This document shows, piece after piece, positions 1-8,800 of a DNA stretch of 64,000 nucleotides. This DNA comes from a virus (Duplodnaviria > Caudoviricetes). The stretch is taken from positions 10,453 to 74,452 of the IMG/VR virus record IMGVR_UViG_3300033067_001119; one strand, 5' to 3'. Position 1 is the first letter of the stretch. Every line of letters starts with the position of its first letter. Under the pieces are notes generated by a model that was not told the origin of the DNA, did not search any database, and was given only the letters and a program-made list of their open reading frames with translations. The translations under genes and the position numbers were made by a program.

Positions 1-274
1 TCGATGGCCTTGCGGGTGATGGCGTAGCCGAGGGCGACCTCGATATGCACGAACGCCCAAGTGAAGCGCTCGCCCGCGTTGTTGTCGAACTGCGTTGCCG
101 CGCCTTCATCCTTAAGGAACGGCAGCGCCACGAAGGCCATCTGGGTCGAACGCTCGACAGCCATCTGGCTCTTGTGGGTCTTGAAGACCTTGTCCCACTG
201 TCGTGGGATCATCTCATAGGAGCCCCGGACGTCAAACAGTCCCGGCAGGAGTTCCGAGCGGATGCTCGCAAGTG
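1..274 (-). CDS. major capsid protein, N-terminal part (truncated by window edge)
   Basis: Hand translation from ATG 274: MPIALASIRSELLPGLFDVRGSYEMIPRQWDKVFKTHKSQMAVERSTQM...GERFTWAFVHIEVALGYAITRKAI. Resembles podoviral capsid N-termini and lies directly downstream of the scaffold and decoration genes. Confidence 0.8.
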
Positions 275-295
275 CAATGGGCATCTATAACTCCC

Positions 296-883
296 TTATG
301 CCAAGCCCGTCGACTGGTTGTTGAATGTCACCACGCACCAACCATACGCGGTCGACGGGTCAGACCCGTTGCCCACGATGCCGAAGTTGCCGGAGGTCGT
401 GCACGGGGCAACGACACGGAACGGAAGCGTGTTAGTGGTGTTGAGGGTGGACTGGTCGACGGTGGCACCGGAAACTCCGGTGGCTGTCGAACCCGTGCCG
501 ATGGCGTAGCCGACGTTCTCGCCGATGTTGGCGGTAACGATGCTGGTGTTGAGCGCCGCCGCGAGGAAAAGCGCGTTCCGAGCGTCGATGATGTAGGCCG
601 TAGCCGGGCCATAGGCCGAGCCGGGCCAGTAGGGCAGCCACGCCGGAGGACCGCCAGCGACAGGCGTATACATGCAGCCGTCGAAGATACCTGCGACCGT
701 CGAGGTATTGTTCGCGCCTTGCACGATAGCGCCGGTGGTGGGGTCTAGGCAGACGGGGTCGCCGCGATAGATTTTGGTACCATTGGACGAAAGGATGGTG
801 CCCGTGGACAGCTGATAGTCCGGTGCGCCACCGCCGAGGTACCCGATGTGTCGGAAGCCAAACTTAGCTTGTGTGTTCGCCAC
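296..883 (-). CDS. capsid decoration/cement-type virion protein
   Basis: 195 aa, G/T/N-rich beta-type sequence, GTG start, immediately upstream of the capsid gene. Confidence 0.6.
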   Translation of the reverse strand: MANTQAKFGFRHIGYLGGGAPDYQLSTGTILSSNGTKIYRGDPVCLDPTTGAIVQGANNTSTVAGIFDGCMYTPVAGGPPAWLPYWPGSAYGPATAYIIDARNALFLAAALNTSIVTANIGENVGYAIGTGSTATGVSGATVDQSTLNTTNTLPFRVVAPCTTSGNFGIVGNGSDPSTAYGWCVVTFNNQSTGLA

Positions 884-1043
884 AGGAACGCTCCGGTCTT
901 AACGGGGCTTTTCCTAGCGCGCGTGGCCGGAATGATCGCCTTGGGAATTGTGAGCAGCGCCCTGCGCGGTGCTGTTAGCTTGCCGAAGCTCTCGGCCTAA
1001 ATTCGATCAACCCAGCACGGGGATCGTTTGATGCTGTCTTCGC

Positions 1044-1072
1044 CTATACACCATCCCTTGATGAAGCGTCAA
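1044..1072 (-). promoter_or_regulatory. sigma70-like promoter for capsid genes
   Basis: TTGACG-N17-GTATAG on minus strand, about 160 nt upstream of the GTG at 883. Confidence 0.45.
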
Positions 1073-1084
1073 TAGCTGCCACTA

Positions 1085-1777
1085 TTAGGCCGCATCCTGC
1101 TTGCGCTTCGCATCGCGCGCAAAGCACGCGGTGAAGGCGTAGTTGCCGACGTGGGTGATCTCGTACGCAATCGAAGCCCACACCTTGCCGCCGCACTCGC
1201 GCCAGCGCCGACAGAACGAGATGTCTTCCGACACCTTGCCTTCAGGGGTTCGCATCTGGTCGAAGAAACCGAGCGTGCGGCCGGGCTTGTTCGGGTCGCG
1301 CATGGTGGCCAGCGTGATGTGCGGATAGATCAGCTCCGGGAATTGTTCGATCATCTTGGTGACCGCGTCCCGGCGGATCAGGAAGCAGCCGGTGCCGAGC
1401 GCCTCCACTTCGATGAAGCCGGGGCGGAAGTCCCCCTTGGCCTCCAGCCCGCTCGCCACCCAGTCAATCGGCAGCGTCTTCTTCGGGTAGATAGCTCCCA
1501 CCACCGGCTCATCCAGCAGCAGCATGTCGACGATCATGTCGGGCTCAAAGCCCATGTCGTCGTCGATCATCAGCAGGTGGGTGAAGTCCGGCACCGCGTC
1601 GTAGAAATACGACAGAACGGCGTTGCGCAGCTCTTCGATGTCGGGCCACGAGAACGTCGAGATGTGCGTCTGGATGCCCTTGCTGATCATCGTGACGGCA
1701 AGGCGGTGGCTGCTTTCAAATGTCGCAGCATTGATGTTCCCCCGGAAGGAGGGGATGAAGCAAAAGACCTTGGCCAT
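1085..1777 (-). CDS. GT-A fold (family 2-like) glycosyltransferase
   Basis: LLMIDDDM (DxD), VVGAIYPKK, LGTGCFLIRR, SEDISFCRRW, ITHVG motifs. Confidence 0.8.
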   Translation of the reverse strand: MAKVFCFIPSFRGNINAATFESSHRLAVTMISKGIQTHISTFSWPDIEELRNAVLSYFYDAVPDFTHLLMIDDDMGFEPDMIVDMLLLDEPVVGAIYPKKTLPIDWVASGLEAKGDFRPGFIEVEALGTGCFLIRRDAVTKMIEQFPELIYPHITLATMRDPNKPGRTLGFFDQMRTPEGKVSEDISFCRRWRECGGKVWASIAYEITHVGNYAFTACFARDAKRKQDAA

Positions 1778-1948
1778 TTACGGTGAGACCCTGATGACTG
1801 GATAGATCAAATGGTCGGGCCACATGGGCCAAACGTCGATGCCGGTCGCTGTGCGGCGGTAGTAGACCGGAAGGGCGCGCACATCCTTCGGGAGCTTGTC
1901 CCACTCCTCGATCTGGATGAGAGCGCGCCCGTCCGGCTCCAGCCTCAA
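1778..1948 (-). CDS. small hypothetical protein (56 aa)
   Basis: TTG start after GGAAGG; fills the intergenic gap; MRLEPDGRALIQIEEWDKLPKDVRALPVYYRR... Confidence 0.45.
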   Translation of the reverse strand: MRLEPDGRALIQIEEWDKLPKDVRALPVYYRRTATGIDVWPMWPDHLIYPVIRVSP

Positions 1949-2658
1949 TCGCCTTCCTCCTCTGTCGGATACTCCGGCGTCGGGATGTCGAGGCCCGGGT
2001 CGATGGACATCCGCATGCCCATGCTGGGACCGGCGAAGTTGTTGCGGCTGCGGGCCACGCCAGCGCCGGGCAGCTGCGCCTGCGTCATGCGGAGCGCGTC
2101 GGTGCGGTCGCGGACCTGAGCCTTGGCGCGCTGCTTGTCCTCCTCCATGGCCTCCATGGTCAGGGACGCCGGGCGCTCTTCCAGCCGCAGACCCTCGATC
2201 ACGATGGCTCCGTCATATTCCGGAGGTGTCCAGTGGCCCGGGTGGCGCGACGCCGGGACCGGCCGCCAGCCGTTCTCGAACATCTGCAGGTCGCCCTTGA
2301 TGATCTCTTGGATGCCCTGATTGAGGACGGTGACCTGATTCCACTGGTAGGACCAACCCGGCGGGATGAAGTGTGCGGGCACCTCGAACTTGTCGACGGT
2401 AGCTGTGCGGCGGCGTGTCAGCCGCTCGCCATTGTGGCCAACCGCAACCACCGCACCGCGGCGCGTGGTCTCTCGGGCCGTATCGCGGGTGCCCTCGGCG
2501 CGCGGAGCAGGACGCGGATTGGTCCGCTGCACCGGAGCCTCGGCACGCACCTCTGGCTGCACCCGTGCAACGCGGGCCTTGGCTACCTTGCGCACTGGAG
2601 CCTGCTTGGCCCTCGGCGGCACCGGGCGCGGAGCGCCATCTTCAACTGGCTGGTTCAT
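1945..2658 (-). CDS. head-module hypothetical protein
   Basis: Long ORF between scaffold and capsid genes; ATG 2658 follows GGAG. Confidence 0.65.
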   Translation of the reverse strand: MNQPVEDGAPRPVPPRAKQAPVRKVAKARVARVQPEVRAEAPVQRTNPRPAPRAEGTRDTARETTRRGAVVAVGHNGERLTRRRTATVDKFEVPAHFIPPGWSYQWNQVTVLNQGIQEIIKGDLQMFENGWRPVPASRHPGHWTPPEYDGAIVIEGLRLEERPASLTMEAMEEDKQRAKAQVRDRTDALRMTQAQLPGAGVARSRNNFAGPSMGMRMSIDPGLDIPTPEYPTEEEGD

Positions 2659-2669
2659 GTATAATCTCC

Positions 2670-3677
2670 TCACGCCTCGATGTTGTTGCGGTCGTAGAGC
2701 CCTGCGGCCTTACCGGCAGCCTTGCGGCGCGCCATCTCCACCAGCCCAATGGGGTCGCCGACCTTCCAGCGCCCCTTGCCGGTGGGGTCCGGGTAATTCC
2801 AGACCAGCGTGCCGTCCGTCGCCGATTCGGCCTCCCGCTTGGTCAGTCTCACCTCGGTGCCACCTCCGTTCAGCGCCCCGGACGGACCGCCTCCCGGAGC
2901 CGCAGCCGAGCTTGGACGTCTGCCGTCCTTGCCCGGAGCTGCTGGCTTGATGCCTTCCTCGATCCGCCGAAAATACTCCTCGCTCTCGATGGCGATGCCA
3001 TCTGCAACAGCGAGATTGTGGGCCGCCAGCATGCGCGCATTGGCAACCGTGTCGGTGGCGCACTCGGGATGCGCCCGCACCCACGCCGCACTCTTGGGGG
3101 TGAGCTTGCCACCCGCGATAAAGGCCTCCACAGGGTCTGCAGGGGGTCGCTGGGAGGGCTCTCGATGCCGGGTCTCCTGAGCAGGCCTGCGCTTGGTAGC
3201 CTCCTCCAGATCGTCCTTGGCCTCGCTGAGGCGGGTTATGCGTGATTCAGCCGCAGCCATCTTGCGCTGGGCCCGTGCCTGAGCTGAGAAATCTCCGGCC
3301 TCGGAGGCTCTGACGTATTCCTGCTCAGCCGCATCGGCCTCCGCCTGAGCTGCCGCAAGGCCCGACAGGACCGTATCGAGCTGGCTGGAAACAACCTGCG
3401 TCTCCGCGGTCTGGGCGCGCCTCAGCGCCTCGTCCCGCTCACGGGCGATACGCTCGTTGTCGCTCTCCACCGCCGTGACGCGCTGCGTCATGGTGGCGAA
3501 CTGGCTCTTGAGGTCCGCTACCGGGTCGACGTCGCCGCCGGTACCTCCGGCTGGCGCGGCCGGTGTCTTGACGACTTGCCCCTCGCCCGGCTCAGCGCCG
3601 ACCTGAACGGTGATCTCCTCCTCGGGCTCATTACCTGAGCCCAAGTCCATCTGCAGCATGCTGTCTTCGCCAGCCAT
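2670..3677 (-). CDS. capsid scaffolding protein
   Basis: Acidic, Ala/Glu-rich coiled coil; position between portal and capsid genes; start moved to MAGEDS (ATG 3677). Confidence 0.65.
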   Translation of the reverse strand: MAGEDSMLQMDLGSGNEPEEEITVQVGAEPGEGQVVKTPAAPAGGTGGDVDPVADLKSQFATMTQRVTAVESDNERIARERDEALRRAQTAETQVVSSQLDTVLSGLAAAQAEADAAEQEYVRASEAGDFSAQARAQRKMAAAESRITRLSEAKDDLEEATKRRPAQETRHREPSQRPPADPVEAFIAGGKLTPKSAAWVRAHPECATDTVANARMLAAHNLAVADGIAIESEEYFRRIEEGIKPAAPGKDGRRPSSAAAPGGGPSGALNGGGTEVRLTKREAESATDGTLVWNYPDPTGKGRWKVGDPIGLVEMARRKAAGKAAGLYDRNNIEA

Positions 3678-3688
3678 TTTCGTTCCCC

Positions 3689-4102
3689 TCAGTAGTAGAT
3701 TTCCGGGTCCTCGACCTTCATCAGGATGCGAGTGTCCGAGAAGATGCGGCAAGGCACCTCGTTGATGAAGAGCGCGTTGCCATCGGCCGGGATCGCCATC
3801 ACCCAGTCACCGACCTTCAGCTTGTCGCCGTTGAACTTGGCGATGTTGTCGTCCTTGAAGGCACCCTTGCCCATCGCCACGACGAGGAAGACGTTGCCCT
3901 GAAAGCGGTCCTCCTCGATGATCTTGTCAGGCATGAAGATGCCGCCCTTGGTCTTGGCCGGACGGATGTATTGCGCCACCAGCACCTGCGAGTGGAAGAC
4001 GTAGGTGTTGTGCTTGCCGAGCGCAGACATGATCGCCTTCTTGGGGTCTGTCGACGCCTCGGCGATCTCGCGCATCTTGCGCATGGCATTGGACGAAGCC
4101 AT
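3689..4102 (-). CDS. groES: GroES/Cpn10-like co-chaperonin
   Basis: VLV...KTKGGIFMP...VVAMGKG...LKVGDWV...RIFSDTRILMKV matches the Cpn10 pattern. Confidence 0.8.
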   Translation of the reverse strand: MASSNAMRKMREIAEASTDPKKAIMSALGKHNTYVFHSQVLVAQYIRPAKTKGGIFMPDKIIEEDRFQGNVFLVVAMGKGAFKDDNIAKFNGDKLKVGDWVMAIPADGNALFINEVPCRIFSDTRILMKVEDPEIYY

Positions 4103-4773
4103 CAGTCTGTTTCCCTTGCGATTGGATGTTGGACAGGCGTGAAAGAGAGATTGACCGGCTCATAGACGACCGGGCCATCCCATGGATAGGCCATGGAGCC
4201 CAGCACCGGCCGGTCGATCAGCAGGCGGCGGCGCACATACTCGGTGAAGTCGAGCTTGCAGGTGACGGCGGCGTCAGCCCACCGACGCGGTATGCGGACA
4301 GTCAGCGGCACCTCGATGTCGATGGTGTCGCCCTCGAAATTGAGCTTCTCCCACTCTTCCGGGGTGCGCTTCTCCTCCGCCATCCATTCCTGCGGCATGA
4401 TGACCATGGAAGAGCCAGCCTTCGCCGACTCAGCCCAGTTCTCAGCCAACTTCCTTGGTCCATCAAGCTCAGCCCGAGACTGCTCAACTGATGTCTCTAC
4501 AAGGACCAAACCATCAATGGTGATGTGTCCATCTAGCTCAAGATGGGGAGGTAGTTTCCAGTAACGGAGGAAGGGGACGAAACGCCAGCCGGGCTTGATT
4601 GGCCGATCCGATGGCACCCATTGAAAAACGCGGCCAACAGGGCGTTCGAGCTTCTCAACCAGATCAAAGTCTTGGTTGGAAGAGGCCGTCTTTGACGATG
4701 TCTTCTTCGGCTTGCGCGCCGCCGTCTTTGCCCTGCGTGGGCGAGCCATGGGAGCATCCCTTGTTGCCATCAC
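4102..4773 (-). CDS. hypothetical protein
   Basis: 223-aa ORF abutting both neighbours in the operon. Confidence 0.6.
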   Translation of the reverse strand: MMATRDAPMARPRRAKTAARKPKKTSSKTASSNQDFDLVEKLERPVGRVFQWVPSDRPIKPGWRFVPFLRYWKLPPHLELDGHITIDGLVLVETSVEQSRAELDGPRKLAENWAESAKAGSSMVIMPQEWMAEEKRTPEEWEKLNFEGDTIDIEVPLTVRIPRRWADAAVTCKLDFTEYVRRRLLIDRPVLGSMAYPWDGPVVYEPVNLSFTPVQHPIARETD

Positions 4774-4793
4774 CCGAGCATCGGGTGCGGTGG

Positions 4794-5051
4794 TTAACCG
4801 TCGAGCCTCTTTTGGACCTGTTGAGCGTGACTGATCGCAATGTCGAGACCATCGATGCGGCCAACGATCTCGCGGTAGGTCGGGTAGTCCTTGACTGATC
4901 CCTTGGCGAGCTGCTCTGCGATCAGGGCGCGCTCCCTCTTCAGGATCGACACCACGGTCGTTGCCAGATGCGGATGGTCGTCACGCTGCGTGGTGACGAC
5001 GTCTCCAGCTTCAAGCGACAGGACGCCAGCATTGGGGCGGGCAAGGGCCAT
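4794..5051 (-). CDS. hypothetical protein
   Basis: 85-aa ORF, translationally coupled (ATG overlaps upstream stop). Confidence 0.6.
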   Translation of the reverse strand: MALARPNAGVLSLEAGDVVTTQRDDHPHLATTVVSILKRERALIAEQLAKGSVKDYPTYREIVGRIDGLDIAISHAQQVQKRLDG

Positions 5052-5626
5052 CAGTAGTCCTCGGCCTTCTCCAGACGGCCTTTGCCGCCGCCTGCGCCGC
5101 CGTGCATCTTCGGGCCCATGTTGGCCTTGAAGGAGACCTGCACGCCGCCGCCGGTGGCGAAGGTCACCTGACGCGGACGATGGATGTCCTTGATGTCGTT
5201 CTGGCCGGGCAGGTGCTGCACCTTGGTGCCGACCTTCATGCCCTTGGATTTCACGCCGCCGCCCTTGGCCCGCATTGGCATGCCCGGAGGAGGACCTCCC
5301 GGACCCATGGGGCCGCCCGGACCACCCGGGGGCATCGGAGGTCCAGCCATCGGCGGAGCGCCCGGAGGCGGCCCCGGAGGAGGCGGCGGAGGCATCATGA
5401 CGGGAGGCTCGGGCGGTGGCTGCTGCTGCCCGCCGGTGATGACGTTGACAGTGACGCCCTTGCCCTTCACGCCGCCGCCAGATGCCCGCATCGGGCGATC
5501 AGCGCGAATGCGCGCCATCGGGCTCTCGTCGCCGATCTCCGATCCGGAATATGCTGAGGTGAGGTCGCCAGCGCGAGCGCGGGATACGTTGGACTGCCGG
5601 AATTTCTTGAATGGATGCCCGCTCAT
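5051..5626 (-). CDS. basic, Pro/Gly-rich putative internal virion protein with three A-x-G-G motifs
   Basis: ATG 5626 after GGAG; RASGG, RAKGG and FATGG flank a polyproline tract. Confidence 0.6.
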   Translation of the reverse strand: MSGHPFKKFRQSNVSRARAGDLTSAYSGSEIGDESPMARIRADRPMRASGGGVKGKGVTVNVITGGQQQPPPEPPVMMPPPPPPGPPPGAPPMAGPPMPPGGPGGPMGPGGPPPGMPMRAKGGGVKSKGMKVGTKVQHLPGQNDIKDIHRPRQVTFATGGGVQVSFKANMGPKMHGGAGGGKGRLEKAEDY

Positions 5627-5668
5627 TGGATACTCCTCCAAGGCCCCGGGCGGCGGCAAGCCTGCTGC

Positions 5669-5893
5669 CTATATCGCATCGTTTTGAGATTTGGGCAACT
5701 GCCGCGGCGGTGTCGATGCTTTCGGGTTGCCGAGCTGCCACAAATCACAGACCGCGCCCCAGCGCACCCGTCCATAGACCCGATCACAGCCGCTGTCTTC
5801 GATGATGACGAACCTGCACGACTTGCAGAACCTCACCTGATCGTAGTTCTTGGCACGGTAGTTGGCCTCGGCCTTGTCTACAGGTTCAGCCAC
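5669..5893 (-). CDS. small Cys-rich protein, HiPIP-like spacing
   Basis: Y-x9-CxxCxF...GC...V.G.V...C.LW. Confidence 0.45.
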   Translation of the reverse strand: MAEPVDKAEANYRAKNYDQVRFCKSCRFVIIEDSGCDRVYGRVRWGAVCDLWQLGNPKASTPPRQLPKSQNDAI

Positions 5894-8800
5894 AGCGCTA
5901 TCACCTCTTCATCGTCTCGCTCGATCTCCCGCATGCGCATCACGGTAGCGTCGATGCGCTCCGGCTGCGGCGGGTCTCGCAGGAAGTCCTTGCCGAAGAT
6001 GTCCTCCAGCACGCGCAGGATACGTTCCTTGTCGCGCGCCTCGTCGATGTCGATCTGCGGGTGGCCCTGCGCCAGCCGGTACTGATTCCACAGCCTGCGC
6101 CACGCCGGTCCAACGTCCTCGTCCGGCGGGATGAACGGGATGAACGGAGGGATGAGGGTGTCCCACGGCAGAAGGCCTCCGCCGCGGCTGAACAGGGGAT
6201 GCGGAGGCTGCCATGCCTGCGGCGGCACCCACAGATTGCCGGAAACAACGAAGATGTACGGCCTGTAGATGCCGTCATCGCCACGCATGACCGCGCCCGC
6301 GCGCTCACGCCTCGGGTGAGGAGGCTGCGGCGGCTGCACCAAGAAGCCGGTTTCGGCAAAGCGGCGATAGACCTCCGCGATATTGACCTGCGGCATGATC
6401 GCGCCAGCCTTGGCAAAGCGCATGCGCGGGAAGACATCCGGGGTCTGGTACCAGTTGATGACTTGAGCGACGAAGGTGAAGATGTCCTCGATGCCATCCT
6501 CGCCGCGCATGATAGCGCCAGCTCTCTCGGGCCGCGGGTGCGGGGGCTGCCAAGACTGATTCTCGAACCCAAAGTCGAAGAAGTTCTGGTAGAGGGCTTC
6601 GATGTTGAAGGCCGCCTCTGGATTGCGGAACGAGCGATGCGGAGGCTGCCATGGCTGGACTGGCCAGCCCTCTATGAACGGCGGGATCGGCTGCGGCGCT
6701 TGGTTGCCGTCGTCACCGATCAGGATCGCGCCCGCCTTTTCCCTGCGCGGGTGTGGAGGCTGCGGTGGCTGGACGTAGAAGCCGAAATCCCGGAACTGCG
6801 AGTAGACCGCAAACAGCGACTTGCTGCGGATGGCCGAGTAACGCTGCCCCGTGAAGCTGTGCCGGATCATCGGCGGCTGCACTTCCCAGCCCATCGGGAA
6901 GTAGTTCATGAAGCGGAACTGCGTTCCATCATCTTTCGGGGCGATAGCCGCAAAGCGCTGCCGGACCTTCGGGAAGAACGGCGGCTGCCACGGCTGGACA
7001 TGCCACGCAACACCGACATGGACGGAGAACTCGGCGTAGATGCCGTCATCCTTCGGGGCGATAGCGCCAGACTTCTCCGGGCGGGGATGCGGAGGCTGCG
7101 TGGGCTGAACCTCAAAGCCGAAGTCGAAGAAATTCTTAAACGTCGGCTCAACAAGCGACAGAAAGGGCGCTAGAGCCCCAAACTTTTCCGGCTTGAAGTG
7201 AGGTGGTGGCGGGGGCTGAACTTCCCAGCCAAAATTACGCCACGCATTGAATTTGTCTTGGTTGCCGTCATCGCCGCGCAGGATCGCCGCCGCTCTCTCT
7301 GGCTTAGGATGAGGCGGCTGAGGCGACTGAACCTCTCCACCCACTCCAATCCAGTAAGAGAATGTTCCGGTGATACCAGCGTCGCCAAGCATGATCGCCC
7401 CGACCTTTTCCGGGCGAGGATGCGGGGGCGGAGGCGGCTGAACTTCGAATCCAAAATCATAGAAAGCGGCAAAAGTAGATTGCGTACCATCGTCGCCACG
7501 CATGATCGATCCGGCCCTTTCAGGACGAGGATGCGGGGGCTGCCAGTCTTGGTTCTGCCAGCCCTGCGGGTACTGGAGTGGAGGCGTATAAATATCCAAA
7601 ATACCGTCGTCGCCGAGCATAATTCCCGCAGATCGCTCAGGGCGGGGATGCGGAGGCTGCGTGGGCTGAATAGGAAAGCCGAGCGGGGAAAATTGCCGGA
7701 GTGTATCCACCCCATCGCTGCCTCCGGCGAGGATGCCGCCCTTTCGGCGAGCTGGCGACGCATACACCGAAATTTCGGTTTGAAAGTAAGCCGAAACAGC
7801 CAGCGTTCCGGTGATGATGATGGCACCGCCAGCACCCACGCCTCCCGTAAGTGTTCCAGACGTTGACTTGCCGCCAGCACCGCCGCCGCCGCCGGGCCAC
7901 CCGCCTGCCCCGCCTGCGACCGATGTCGAGCTGCTGTTTGTGCCACCACCAGCACCACCGCCACCGCCGCGCATGTCGGAGGTGCCAGCACCACCAGCGC
8001 CTCCGTTAGTTCCAGAGCCCCCCGCCCCGCCGGAGGACGCCGAGCCGCCAGCGGCACCAGTGGTGGAAACAGAACTCGCCGTCCCCTGCACACCGGCAGC
8101 GGCATTTGTCGCCGCAGCAGCGCCACCACCACCATTGTTAGTCGAGCCGCCGCCCGCGCGACCATCAGCGCCCGCCCGCTTGGTGTCGCCAATCGCCGAA
8201 GTCGTCGTAGCGCCGGTTCCGGCTGTTCCGCTAGGACCATTGCCGCCGTCTGCGCTGGCACCGTTCGCGCGCAACTGCGCCCCAATCGTGCTGTTGCCCT
8301 TTCGGTTGCCAACCGTGACCGATAGCGCGCCGCCGGGGGTAATAGTGAGAGCATTGACCTTCGAATAGCCGCCCGAGCCACCGGAGCCACCGGAGCCATT
8401 CGTCGCACCGTTTCCTCCGGATGAGCCGCCGCCCCATGCCTCTCCAAAAGCCCCCGACGAACTCCAGTTCGAGGGAATGTTCGCGTTAAGAGTGATCGTT
8501 CCGGTGTTGGCGCTATCGCCGACAATGATGATCTGGTCCGGATCGCTTCCGGTGTATGTGATCTTGATGAGGCCGTATCCGCCGCGCGCTGCGCTGCCTG
8601 CTGCACTAGCGCCGCTGCCGCCGCCCGGGTTGCCGCCATTGCCGCCAACGCCGCTTGTGTTGCTAAAGGCACCCCCGCCTGCGCCGCCGTTGTCCCAATC
8701 ATCGCCGCCTGCGCCGCCGTTGGTAGTGGTGCCAGTGCCAGCACCACCGCCACCGGACCCGACGCCGCCTGCGGTGCCATTGTTGCCTGATGTGCCGCCA

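Noticed and set aside
6130-7715. Repeat region as a CRISPR array, DGR target or RiPP precursor
   Set aside because: Repeats are conserved at protein rather than DNA level; no reverse transcriptase, template/variable repeat pair or RiPP maturase is visible.
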